Shown here piece after piece: positions 14,451 through 26,981 of a stretch of 50,662 nucleotides of DNA. The position numbers and the translations under genes are program-made. Every line of letters starts with the position of its first letter. The first letter of the stretch is position 1. The stretch covers positions 1 through 50,662 of the forward strand of contig JAQGDQ010001271.1 of the NCBI GenBank assembly GCA_030141605.1, read 5' to 3'. The notes below the pieces were generated by a model. That model ran no database searches. It saw only the letters and a program-made list of their open reading frames with translations, and was not told the DNA's origin. Source of the DNA: Tubiluchus corallicola. Taxonomy: Eukaryota > Animalia > Priapulida.

Positions 14451-14934
14451 AGGAGGCAAAAGAGAACACTGACAAAAAAGTGGAAACCCTTTGAGCTAGG
14501 CGTGTAGAGGTGGCAGTAGTGATGATAATGATACTGTTAGTGATGACGCTAACAGTGGCAGAGACAGTGATGTCATGTTGATGCATATGTACATATATGT
14601 CATACATTTACGGTTATACTTCCTAATTTAAGTTGTATATACATACTGAGTGTTGCTGAGTTATTTAAAATTTAAATTAGGCAGTATAGTCGTAAATGTA
14701 TAACAGATACATATGTATGTGTCATACATATATCCATACTACATACATCTATCATACACATACACATATATCATGATATATAAATATATTTATATATAAA
14801 CTTAACAAAACTCAGCTTGTTGAGTTAGTTAAAACCTAAATTAGGAAATATAACCTTAAATGTGTCCAATTTATTGATGAGTTTTCACAAATTTGGAATG
14901 TTTTCTTTTATTGCAAAAAATAAACCTGAGATAA

Positions 14935-15812
14935 TAGGATAACCACGTAAGTATGTTCCTGAGCATGGAATAACCATGTAAGTACGTTTCTGAGCATGGG
15001 ACAACCACGTAAGTTTGTTCCTGAGCATGGGACAACCACGTAAGTATGTTCCTGAGCATGGGACAACCACGTAAGTATGTTCCTGAGCATGGAATAACCA
15101 CGTAAGTACGTTCCTGAGCATGGGACACCCACGTAAGTATGTTCCTGAGCATGGGACAACCACCTAAGTGCACTCCTGAGCATGGGACACCCACGTAAGT
15201 TCGTTCCTGAGCATGAGACATACACGTAAGTACGTTCCTGAGCATGGAACAACCACCTAAGTGCGCTCCTGAGCATGGGACAACCACGTAAGTACGTTCC
15301 TGAGCATGGAACAACCACGTAAGTACGTTCCTGAGCATGGGACAACCACGTAAGTATGTTCCTGAGCATGGGACAACCACGTAAGTACGTTCCTGAGCAT
15401 GGGACAACCACGTAAGTACGTTCCTGAGCATGGGACAACCACGTAAGTATGTTCCTGAGCATGGGACAACCACGTAAGTTCGTTCCTGAGCATGGGACAA
15501 CCACGTAAGTATGTTCCTGAGCATGAGACAACCACGTAAGTTCGTTCCTGAGCATGAGACAACCACGTAAGTACGTTCCTGAGCATGGAATAACCACGTA
15601 AGTATGTTCCTGAGCATGGGACAACCACGTAAGTACGTTCCTGAGCATGGAATAACCACGTAAGTACGTTCCTGAGCATGAGACAACCACGTAAGCATGT
15701 TCCTGAGCATGGGACAACCAAGTAAGTTCGTTCCTGAGCATGAGACAACCACGTAAGTATGTTCCTGAGCATGGGACAACCACGTAAGTACGTTCCTGAG
15801 CATGAGACAACC
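14935..15812. repeat. 31-bp tandem array, ~28 copies
   Basis: Unit GTTCCTGAGCATGGGACAACCACGTAAGTAC. Confidence 0.98.
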
Positions 15813-15950
15813 AACAGCTTCGCAAGTCTACATCAGAAATACAATTATTCTTTAAGAGGTTAAGTTGCTGTTGGTTTTTCTATAATTTTTACTCTCACGC
15901 TTAAAAACAGATCAAATATTCAGTTTGACACAAAAACCAGACATGGCGTG

Positions 15951-16122
<172 letters not shown>

Positions 16123-16142
16123 TTAAGGTATTAATATCGAGA

Positions 16143-16657
16143 CTAGCAAAGGCCCCGCAAAAAAATTGCGTATAAATACACGTATAATCAAAAATGCGCG
16201 AACATCTTACATAGTCCTCACTTATAAGGCAAAGCCAGCAGCAGCTTTTACTGAATTAAAGTTTTAAGGTTATAGACAGAGTATAATGAATGACGTCAGA
16301 ACAATGGCTTTGCGTCAGCAGTTTTCTAAGCGAAAATTGCCAAAAGTAGAACATCTAATTAACTCGTCGTCACTCCTCTTGGTGGACCTGCCCTAAAATA
16401 AAGCTCAATCATCGTATAGCCCTGTTCTTCCTCTTTCTAAACAGCTATATACCTCCTTCCGAAAGTCCCACCAGGCGCCGCCAGAGCATTTTTTCTGCAT
16501 GCTGTTTGGTCAAAATTTCAAAAAAATGCGAGTTGGGTCCGGGAAATAAACCACCAATGGCACGACACTAGATCGAGACCTTTCGTTTGATGTATGGATC
16601 GCCACAAATGGTGCCCTCGTCAGAGCTGTAGCGGATACCAGTAAAATTAATGTATAC
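16143..16657 (-). mobile_element. Non-autonomous Helitron-like element, copy A (intact 3' hairpin and CTAG; internal deletion)
   Basis: Minus strand ends CGCAA-TTTTT-TTGCG-GGGCCTTTG-CTAG followed by T. Homologous to 18761-19484 and 21430-21745; no TIR or TSD. Confidence 0.6.
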
Positions 16658-16828
16658 CATGATAAGTTACGCAGAGACAGTCATGTTACCATAGTTACGG
16701 TACAGCATTAACTATCGTTCATAAGCATTCTAATTCTTGCTCTAATGAACTTGTGTCTGCTACCTTCAATATCCGTTTCGAGGACAGTCAAGCGTACTAA
16801 CTTAACTTGTTGACTTGTTTGCACTAAG

Positions 16829-17486
16829 ATGGAGGCACCTAAAGTTTCTATAATCCTTTGTGGTGCATTTATTATTGTTGTGATGTGCATTCAGCGAGGG
16901 TTTTCAGACTTTTGTAAAAAGATTGACCATCGTTTATGCTTTCATCATACATACCCTGACGATGGAGACAATTGTACTATATTCTGCAGACCAAACTATC
17001 AAGAACCAAAGTGCTACCTGGGAACACCATATGAAGGTTACTGCTTGAAACCTGAGGATATTCAGAATATAGCTGATAAGCTTCCTCAACCTATAGATTT
17101 ACTGATTATCGAACAATTCGCAACCGACCAACCCGGTGATGGAAATGCTTTCAGAATGAATTTTACCGGCAAATCAACGATTGGATTACATGTAAAAGTT
17201 AGTAGATTCACTACCTTGCCTGCCAATGCTATTATAGGTACTGTTAGACATCTTGCATTCGATTTTGCTGAAGAACTCTTGCACATACATCCACAAGCTT
17301 TTGCTAAAGTAACTGGTCTACGAGATATAAGGATTCTCCGACCCAACCCACATATGAAGCTTCCTGCCTTGGATTTGACTCAACATCGATCCTTCTTACA
17401 CTTGGATGCAATAGGGGTGGAGAGCATAGAGAAGCCTCTGCTACACCCAAATAGCTCCACATCTCACATTGTTATAATGGCAAGAG
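16829..17486 (+). CDS. Exon 1 of a secreted leucine-rich-repeat-like protein (264 aa in total with exon 2)
   Basis: Non-repetitive 219-codon ORF. It has a hydrophobic signal-like N-terminus (VSIILCGAFIIVVMCI), a Cys-rich region and LRR-like segments (FTTLPANAI; LLHIHPQAFAKVTGLRDIRI). Ends at donor AG|GTAAGT, phase 1. Confidence 0.85.
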
Positions 17487-18113
17487 GTAAGTTTCGTTTT
17501 TGGCAAACAGAAGTGACAAATCTCTAGTAAACATTGGAAAATCTCCTTTTTAAAAAAATCCTTGGAAATCATAAAAAAGAAATCTGTTATTAGGTTGGTA
17601 AACAGTCGTTAAGGGCCTCAGGTTTGTTTAGCCAGAATTCGTGCGGGGTAGGTTTGAAACAGCCAGCTCACAAGACACAAGTCAAAGATTTGCATTTTCA
17701 GTGAACTAACGTGCAAATACTTTCACAAAAGTTTTTCCAACATTTGACAAATTCAAAAGAAATAATGGTGACCCAGATTACGCTTTCCTTTTGCAAAAAT
17801 GTCTATAACTTTGCCAGAACATTGAGTAGTGTGTGCTTAACAAGTGAATAATGAACTTATGAGGTTTAGTGAACTAAAACTGATAGCAGGCATTATCATA
17901 GCTTTATAATTATTAAAGTTTATAAACAATTCGTTACACAAAGTCTTTGAAATCTTAAATTTTAAAACATAATTATTTGCTTCTCAAAATAATTAGCTTT
18001 TGCCGTGAAATACAATTCTTTTGCTGTGGGAAGGCAATCACCCCCCCCCCCCCCCCCACCCCCTTAACCCCAAGCATCGTACGACTATGACTAACAAGGA
18101 TTTTATTTTCTAG

Positions 18114-18250
18114 GATTGACCTGCGACAAGCGTCTTCTCTGGGCCCTGCAGTACAAGTGGTGGTGGATACGCTTGACGTGTAGTAAGCCTAAGCGTGTTA
18201 GTCACCAAGAATTCACAACTTCAGCATGCAAAATACTTGAGTTATGCTAA
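18114..18250 (+). CDS. Exon 2 (terminal) of the secreted LRR-like protein; LRRCT-like cap
   Basis: Branch point GACTAAC at 18089, then a pyrimidine tract and TAG acceptor. The phase-1 frame gives (G)LTCDKRLLWALQYKWWWIRLTCSKPKRVSHQEFTTSACKILELC*. AATAAA at 18514. Confidence 0.82.
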
Positions 18251-18760
18251 GATTAGGCTAAAATTTTTGCTTTAAGTTTGTAGACCCTTTCGATTTGTTG
18301 TTTTATTTTTAGGAAAAATTGTTTGTTTTCTTACAAAAACCATTAATTTTTTCCGTTGTTGTTCATTTTACAAATTCATTTTGTTCAGTCGTGTAAAGTC
18401 CATAACGCATTCTAGTATTCGAATTATATTGACTTACTACATGTGTTTAAGAAGTTTAGATTTTTATATTATAGAATTTTCGCTTGTATGCTTCAATGTT
18501 TGAAATTAATTTAAATAAAACCATCTAAAATGTTTTAAATGATTTTGTGATGTCATTTTACACATTACGATGTGCATTCTCGTGGTTAGTCTTGGGAGAA
18601 TTTAGTGAGGCTTATAATTTTGCTTTTGCAAGTTTTGTTAATTCTTCCTGCATTGTTGTTGTCCTGGTCATGCCTGGGAAGTTTTGAGAGCAACAGTGAC
18701 CAAAACCAGAATTCTGGTCAGGTCCTTTCCGGCTCTTGAAAGCAGAATCCTAGTCATTTT

Positions 18761-19484
18761 ATCAAAAATGCGTGAACATCCTACCTAGTGTTTGTTTACT
18801 TACCTAACGCAAAGCGGTAGCAACAGCATTTACTGAATTAAAGCTATAAGGTTATAGGCAGAGTATAATGGATGACTTCAGAACAATGGCTTTGCGTCAG
18901 CAGTTTTCCAAGCAAAAATTGCCAAAAATATAACATCTAATTAACCCGTCGATACTCCTTTTGGTGGACGTGTCCTAAAATCTAGCCCACATCATCGTGT
19001 AGCCCTGTTCTTCCTCTTTCTAAAGAGCTATATATCTCCTTCCGAGAGTCCCACCAGGCGCCGCTAGAACGTTTTTACTGCATGCTGTTTGGTCAAAATT
19101 TCGAAAAAATTGCGAGTTGGGTCCGGGAAAACGCCCATTGCGGGATGCCGTGACCTCCTCGCGAATTCTAAATAGGCCTATTACACCCACCGCTGAACGG
19201 GCTATCTATCCATAGCCAGCACCACCCATGGCCCGTTCCCTTTCTTCAGATCTCAGGCGTATAACTTTTGCAAAAAACGGCAGAAAAATGGCCATTTTTG
19301 GAGGTTTTTTGTCGCCCGTTCCTCACGGTGGGCCCGATTCGAAAAATAAGCCGCAAATGAGACGACACTAGATCGAGACCTTTCCTTTGATGTATAGATC
19401 GCCGCAAATGGTGCAGTCGTCCGAGCTGAAGCCTCGAATCTTATATATATATTAAGCCCCTACCAGTAGAATTAATATATGCGA
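18761..19484 (-). mobile_element. Helitron-like element, copy B (lacks the 3' hairpin and CTAG; keeps a putative 5' TC end)
   Basis: Aligns with copy A from 16186 onward and has an extra ~215-bp segment. The minus-strand start reads TCGCATATATTAATT. Confidence 0.55.
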
Positions 19485-19494
19485 AACAAAATTT

Positions 19495-20530
19495 TGTAAG
19501 CTATTTATAAAAAAACAGGTCTATTTAGGAAAACGGCTATTTCAGTGAGAAATCTTGTCCATTGTAAAATCGTTTCCAGGTGAAGTTAAACAGTGATAGT
19601 CCGATGTATTAGTTAGCTCCATCGCTCAGGTTAATCGAGGACAGTTCCTCAGCTTCTTCCGCTTAATTAGGGTATTAACACAGAGTCCGAGATATTAGTT
19701 AACTCCATCAGCTCAGGTTAATCGAAAGCAGGTCCTCAGCTTCTTCAGCTTAATTAGGGTATTAACAGGGAGAGGCGATTTCTCGTATTTGTTTAATTAT
19801 GATAGCGAGGTGCATCTCGTCTGCGTTCACCTTTTTGTGGTCTGAATGTTAATACAGAACGTTAGGGGACCCAACTCATTGAGCTTAATTTACGATATTA
19901 ACAGTGTGAAAGTCGCGTATGAGGTTGTAGTTGAACACTTTGTAGATACATATCTGCACAAAACTGAAAAGTGTTTATTAGACTGCATACACATATGTAG
20001 AATGACTGCTACACTGCACACTGAGAACAAGAGTGTCCTGCACTGATCACTGTGAGTTAGACAGTAAGTGACATGAGTATCACAACTAGCATGACTTTTG
20101 CACTGCATTGAGAGAAAGAGACAGAGAGTAACATAAGTAGCACGACTGCACTGCACTGAGAGTGTGAGTTAGACAGTGTGTAGCACGACTGCTGCACTGA
20201 GAACGTGACAGAGAGTCACATAAGTAGCACGACTGCACTGCATTGAGAGTGAGACAGTAAGTAACATGAGTAGCACGACTGCACTGCACTGAGAGCGTGA
20301 CAGAGAGTGACTAGAAGTAGAATCCAGTCAGTATATATAGGTAGAGGTAATTATGCAAACTTGGCTTCACAAATACCATTACAGTAAAATAGGGAGTCTA
20401 GGGAGAGATCTAGTGAGTATGCATATTCACTGGACCGAACAATTATACTAGGGGTGAGTTTGGCTAGTAAATGTAAAGTGATTAGTCAATAGATGGCAGC
20501 ACCTAAAACTATACAGTTACAACTTCCACA
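19495..20530 (-). mobile_element. LTR-like dispersed repeat with internal tandem duplications
   Basis: Starts TGTGGAAGTTG on -. Diverged homology to 30857-31420 (TAGGTGCTGCCATCTAT, GGTCCAGTGA, TAATAAACACTTTTCAGTT). No TSD found. Confidence 0.5.
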
Positions 20531-21429
20531 CATATTATGATCTAATCAAGCATTCCTCATTGGAATGGATTACAAGTATTTGTTGTGAGATCGCCGACGT
20601 CAAGTAGAATTGCATAGAACATCGTAGAATGTTCCGTCGGAATGACCGTCTTAGCGTCTGGATTGTTCTCGAACATTTGTTCGAGAAGTTTCTGCTGTGC
20701 GCTATATAAGGCGAAGCAGGCTGCCGACACGAGAGCACACATCACACACAGATCTAACACGGACTTACACTTACGCATTTATACTTACTTAAACATTTTC
20801 CAGATTTTCACGTTTAGTATAATCATTTCTCGTTCCTTCATCTTTGAGTTCTAGAATTCTCGCTAAATAAAGCAGTAATATTTAACGGCGTGTTTTCTGG
20901 TTTTCTCTATGAGCCTTCCGAGAGAAACAAAACACAACAGTATTTCGATTGTTTTGCTTCTTGATCTCGTTAAACGGAGGACTAGAAATCCTACTAAAAT
21001 CTTACATTTTCGCTAACTTTTGATTCAGAAATTTTTAATGTCATGCAGCAACACTGACAAATAAATTCTAATCACTATATAAAACTGTTATTTACATAGT
21101 GATTAGAATTTGTTTGTACTACAATTTAATAAGTAGATAATACGTATACGTTAAAAGTGCAAATCGTAACTCGAACTGAATTATATTTTAATCCACTTGT
21201 GTTAATTACTGCCTGTGACGTAGTATGAAGACGCAAACGTTGCCTAGGTGATGAGCAAAACAAACGTCTCTTAGCAACGCTTGATTCTTCTTTGGAAAGG
21301 GAGTCGAGTGAGAGAGGTACAGAACTTTTTAAGCATTTAGCATATTGGAATCCGGTCCTTCACGAAATTGTAAGTTTATAATTAAAATTATTTAGCCTTT
21401 TCATAAACTGCACCGTATGTAAGACTAAA

Positions 21430-21745
21430 TTAGCAGAACGTTTCAAGCTGTTCATGCTAGAAAGAGGAAGAATAGGGCTACATGATGATGTGGGCTATAT
21501 GTTAGGGCACGTCCACTAAAAGGAGTAGCGAGGAGTTAATTACATGTTCTATTTTTGGCAATTTTCGCTTGGAAAACTGCTGACGCAAAGCCATTGTTCT
21601 GACGTCATCCATACTCTGCCTATAACTTTAATTCAGTAAAAGCTGCTGCTCGCCTTGCGTTACAAATGAAGACTATGTAGGATGTGCGCGTATTATTGAT
21701 TATAAGTGGATTTATACGCAAAATTTTTTGCGGGGCCTTTGCTAT
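21430..21745 (+). mobile_element. Helitron-like element, copy C (3' part, opposite orientation)
   Basis: Reverse complement of 16143-16440; ends CGCAAAATTTTTTGCGGGGCCTTTGCTAT. Confidence 0.55.
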
Positions 21746-22223
21746 TTTAAAACATTGCACGACCCGCCTACATGTTTGTTATAAGCTAGGAAACGGTAAT
21801 TAAACAATGTGCCAATGTGCTTTATATAATAATTATATAGCTTTTATTGTAGTCTGTATTTTATTATTAGGTGCGAATAAATTAAATAAAATAAAAAATC
21901 GCTGTTTTTAACTTGGAAAAATTTCTTACGTTAGAAATATAGTGCGCAATTTTAATTATTGCCACAGGAAAATACAATCCAGGATGAAAATTTTAATATG
22001 TTGTCTAATTATTCATGGAAAAGATATGAGTGATAATGAGTCTGTATGTTTAAACCGATTATCTGACTGCAAAGCACAGATCTAGGATAACACTTTTAAT
22101 TTTAAAATTGATTCGGCGAGCTTTGAATTATTTTTGTTGTTATTGGAGAAGTGGTTATTGACGTTGTTGTTAGCTGTTGCTGTTGGTATTAAACTGCTTC
22201 GGTTCCCAACCTTGGATATTATA

Positions 22224-22682
22224 GGTTTTATACGTCAAATGTAGACACAGGAAAGTTCAAATGTGACTTAGGTAAGTCAAATGTAGACTTAGGAATTTCG
22301 AATGTGTTTTGGTAACTCAAATGTGACTTAGGTAAGTCAAATGTAGATGCGGCACTTTGAATAAATCGGTAATTAACTCATTTAAGTGCAAATTACAAAA
22401 AGATAAAACCAAATTAAAATTATATGTTATGATCATGGTGCTATCGGCAGCATCAATTTTTATTATATTTAATTAATTTGCAACTATTTGTATGGACGTT
22501 AATACATTTTTGAAATGTAAAGAAAATGTTTATTTGATAAGAACACTTAAAAGTGCTGTACATAAATACGTTACCAATTGACTTGACATGTGTCTACATT
22601 TGACTTACCAAAAACGCTTGAGATTTTTTCAAAACCATTGTTAACACATTTGAACTACCTAAGTCTACATTTGAGTTAACGA
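22224..22682. mobile_element. Internally deleted copy of the TIR element at 44340-45706
   Basis: Starts TATA|GGTTTTATACGTCAAATGTAGAC and is collinear, inverted, with both ends of the larger copy. Carries only 1-2 of the 60-bp units. Confidence 0.8.
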
Positions 22683-23007
22683 GGGTTTTCCTGTGTGAAA
22701 CAGGCTTTTCAACGATAGCGACAAAGCCGCCTCGACATCCGCAGAGACATGAGAGTCAGTCTGTTGGAAACTGAACCGCGATTTAAAAAGAGAGTTTCTG
22801 CTATGCAACAGCATTGAACTCTCATTTGGTAAGCATCAATCAATCAATCAATTTATTTCACGCCAGCAATACAATACATCAACATACAATATTATTGAGA
22901 CAAAAAGAAACAGTATAGGTAAAAAAACGTTGATGAAGACAAATTAACAAAATAAAAGAATTGCTGTATGACACCTTGAAAGCTTGGCTTGTTAGGGTGG
23001 CACAAAT

Positions 23008-23640
23008 GAGTGAATGAAAGAATGGTTAGGGTTAGTAGACATGATGGAATGGAAAAAATAGTAAGATTAGGAATAGGAAGAAGGAAGGGAGGGGAGGATG
23101 AGTGAATGAAAGAATGGTTAGGGTTAGTAGACATGATGGAATGGAAAAAATAGTAAGATTAGGGATAGGAAGAAGGAAGGGAGGGGAGGATGAGTGAATG
23201 AAAGAATGGTTAGGGTTAGTAGACATGATGGAATGGAAAAAATAGTAAGATTAGGAATAGGAAGAAGGAAGGGAGGGGAGGATGAGTGAATGAAAGAATG
23301 GTTAGGGTTAGTAGACATGATGGAATGGAAAAAATAGTAAGATTAGGGATAGGAAGAAGGAAGGGAGGGGAGGATGAGTGAATGAAAGAATGGTTAGGGT
23401 TAGTAGACATGATGGAATGGAAAAAATAGTAAGATTAGGATAGGAAGAAGGAAGGGAGGGGAGGATGAGTGAATGAAAGAATGGTTAGGGTTAGTAGACA
23501 TGATGGGATGGAAAAAAATAGTAAGATTAGGGATAGGAAGAAGGAAGGGAGGGGAGGATGAGTGAATGAAAGAATGGTTAGGGTTAGTAGACATGATGGA
23601 ATGGAAAAAAATAGTAAGATTAGGGATAGGAAGAAGGAAA
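23008..23640. repeat. Purine-rich 92-bp tandem array, ~7 copies, unrelated to the 3430-6005 array
   Basis: Unit begins GAGTGAATGAAAGAATGGTTAGGGTTAGTAGACATGATGG; period 92, also visible in ORF offsets 23032/23124/23216. Confidence 0.97.
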
Positions 23641-25240
23641 AGAGGAGAAGAGACGATCAAATTGGAGTAATATGTATATTGTGTATAATAAATATATTCA
23701 TGATATTATATGAGTGTTGGTTGTTCATTTTACTTATTCCGGACGAAGGGGACCAGAAAATGGAGTAAAAAAAATTAGGGGTACGTGGAGTTCAAAAGGT
23801 TGAGAACCGGGATGTTAGAGGGAGTGACGGCAGTCCTGCTAATTGCGGCAGTGGCGATTGGTGATGATTGTGATGGTAGCAACAGCATTGTGTGACACTG
23901 CTTGCTTTCACTAATTATGTTTACTGTTTGATGTACTTATTGTTGTTGACTTGTGTTGTTAATATTGGACTGCCGTCCGCTTTTAACGGAGGCAGGACGG
24001 ATGGCACCGCGGCCCGCACCGTGCGGCATGTTTTAATTATGTCATTCAACACCTCACCCATAAACAAAGATTGAATAACTGAGTCAGTCGAAATGACAAT
24101 TTATTATTGGATATTACCCGTTAAACGACCAGTTTACCTACAGGGACAGAGTTTGCCAGAAAAGCCTGAGAAATGTGAACAGAGCTGCACATGCTACGAA
24201 AGACACGACCACTGACAAGGTGATACAGCAGACCTTCCCTTTTTATAAGCTCAGGTGTGCACGTGACTAGTGGTTTTTACTAACACAGGGTCACAGAATA
24301 CGAGTCTGTGCTAGATAAAGCCACGTTCACATGCACACCTGAGAAGTCTGCTGTATTCTCCTGCCAGCATTACATTTCATTTCACCACAGCGCTGTAGTA
24401 CAATATGGTACCAATGAAAATGCCATGGTGATGTTGTTGTTGTTGCTGTTACTGTTGCCATTTCTAGAGCTACTACACTTGCTGACATCGTACAAATATG
24501 TTAGGGATAATTTTACTGATACACATCTTTATTGCTTGGTAACATAATGGTTTTATATAATCACACGCATTTCTCATCCACGTGCAATGACAGCACATCA
24601 CCAATTTGGATTTTGAATTTTAATGACGCGTGTCTTTTCATGGGCTTCGGGAGGAAGCAGACGCAAAGAACACTCCTTTCCCAGCCTTCTTGTCATTATT
24701 TGAAAGGAACAAGAGAACATCTTAGGGTGAGCTGAACCGCTCTCTGAAACAAATTACGATTTTTACGAAGCCAAAACCACAAGGCACAAATCCACGGATA
24801 CAACCGTCAGCACTAATTAATTTTCGTCTGTCATAAGCTTCTTTAAACTTCGTTCTTCTTGTGTTCTGGTACCTTCCAGTCTTGTTATTATTCTTTGCAG
24901 GTTTCATCTCAGTTTCGTTACTGCATCCTCCCTTTTGTCTCCTTTAAACAAATTCAGGCTTCTCATCTACTGACAAACGTAGCAATTATATGGAGTACGT
25001 TACGGATATTGCTTGTAACAAACCAACTTAGGATTTCGTCAGATAACATCAAAGTTCACTAAGTCGCTCACTAACCTTTGACCTTTGATCTCATAATGCA
25101 GCAGCTCTACCCCTCGCCTTGGACTATTTATTGCCAAATTAAGCAGCATTTGAATCATTTTCTTTTGAGGTGTGCCTCGGACAAACAGGTTACATTTGTT
25201 CATCGATTTTATTGTTTGTCTGTTGTTTGTTTGCTTGCTT

Positions 25241-25268
25241 TGTCTGTCTGTCTGTCTGACTCACTAAC

Positions 25269-25316
<48 letters not shown>

Positions 25317-25360
25317 CGTCCGTCCGTCCGTCCGTCCGTCTGTCTGTCTGTCTGTCTGTC
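25241..25360. repeat. (GTCT)n/(GTCC)n tetranucleotide microsatellite
   Basis: Direct reading. Confidence 0.95.
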
Positions 25361-25532
25361 TTGCGCTCAGCATTTTACCTGGCAGAGGTTGTTCCTCTCT
25401 TTATTCAGTTCCACCTTCAACTCCTTCCTTTATTCAGTTGTACCATCATCTGCGTATTTAAACTTGGCTAAGTTTTCTATCAAAATTTAGTTCATTAAAC
25501 ATGCCAGCTACGTAAGATATAAACAACAAAGG

Positions 25533-25601
25533 CAGAGGGAGAGAAAAAGAGAGAGAGGGAGGGAGAGAGGGAGAGAGGGAGATGGAGACGGAGACGGAGA
25601 G

Positions 25602-25668
<67 letters not shown>

Positions 25669-25868
25669 GGAGAGCAAGAGAGGAGGACAGAGAGGGGGGA
25701 GAGAGCAAGAGAGAGAAAGAGAGAGAGGGAGAGAGGAAGACCGAGACGGAGAGGGGGTGAGAGAGAGAGAGAAAGAGGGAGAGCAAGAGAGAAAGAGAGA
25801 GGGGGAGAGCAAGAGAGAGAGAGCAAGAAAGAAAGAAAGAGGGAGAGAGAAAGAGAGAGTGTGAGAGC

Positions 25869-25950
<82 letters not shown>
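25533..25950. repeat. Imperfect (GA)n polypurine tract
   Basis: Direct reading. Confidence 0.97.
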
Positions 25951-25951
<1 letters not shown>

Positions 25952-26636
25952 AACCGCTTAGCATTGGGTCTAAAGCAGACTAACGTCAAAATTGGTGAAG
26001 CTCCCACTGGATAATCTCACATCACTGACAATGCTGCATCCATCAAGGCGCACCAAATCCGTTTCCTTCTTCCAAAAGACTTCACGACTTGGTACTTTCT
26101 GCTCCAATTGTATACAACTAATGTTTTAGTTACGTCCACAAGCTTTTATTCGCTATCATAATTTATTAGACACATGTATAGAGAACCACCAGAACATGTA
26201 GTCCATAGGCAGTAGTGGCACATTTATCTTAAAAATATTCCTGATTCTGGATCCAAAGAAGTTAAGAAAGGAGAGAACGAAGCATTTGTTTTCTAAACAC
26301 AAAGTTAGAATTTCAGAAAGCTGGTGGTTTGGCTGTGCAGTGACCAATAGACGGTTTCTATAAAAGAATATATATATATATATATATATATCACAAAGAA
26401 TATAGAATATATCACAAGAATATATATATATATATAAAAGACCAATATATCACAAAAAGAATTTTCTTTAAGTTGAAAGTGTCTCAAAGGAATTACATAT
26501 CCACATAACATTTTTCTTGTTAGCCAGTTGGCTTTTAATGTTAAAACTAAGGAATCAAAATATCTTACATCAACAGTAAGACTCCAGTTCCAGTTCAACA
26601 CCTTGATTGCTTATTTACGTTAATTCGTAATGATAT

Positions 26637-26981
26637 TGTTACGGAGGCACCTGTGTCGGGTCAGGTGTAGGACCCTCTACACGCCCTGCTTCCACGTCAG
26701 CAGCGACTCACCCCTTTCTTGTAGGTCCAGACGTCTTGTTTGGGCCTACACGTGGTGTGAGAAGCCAGCTGACCTGGAATGCCGGTATAAAAGCGTGTAG
26801 AGGTCACTACAACCTTGATTTCTGACCCAGGTGCTCCTCAGGTGTAGTGCTGTTACTGAGTTAGTTAGTTATTTTTTGTGCACGTGATTTTGCTCCCTAT
26901 TGTTATTAGTGCTGATAATAAACTCCGCACAGTGTAATTTTTGTGTTTTATTTTATGAGAGTTAAATGATATGCTATAACA
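26637..26981 (+). mobile_element. Solo LTR (345 bp)
   Basis: TGTTA...TAACA termini, TATAAAA at ~26786 and AATAAA at ~26917. Flanks GATAT/GGTAT form a 5-bp TSD with one mismatch. Confidence 0.7.

Noticed and set aside
14871-15825. ~310-aa ORFs in the 31-bp array
   Set aside because: The unit is not a multiple of 3, and all frames give the same permuted peptide.
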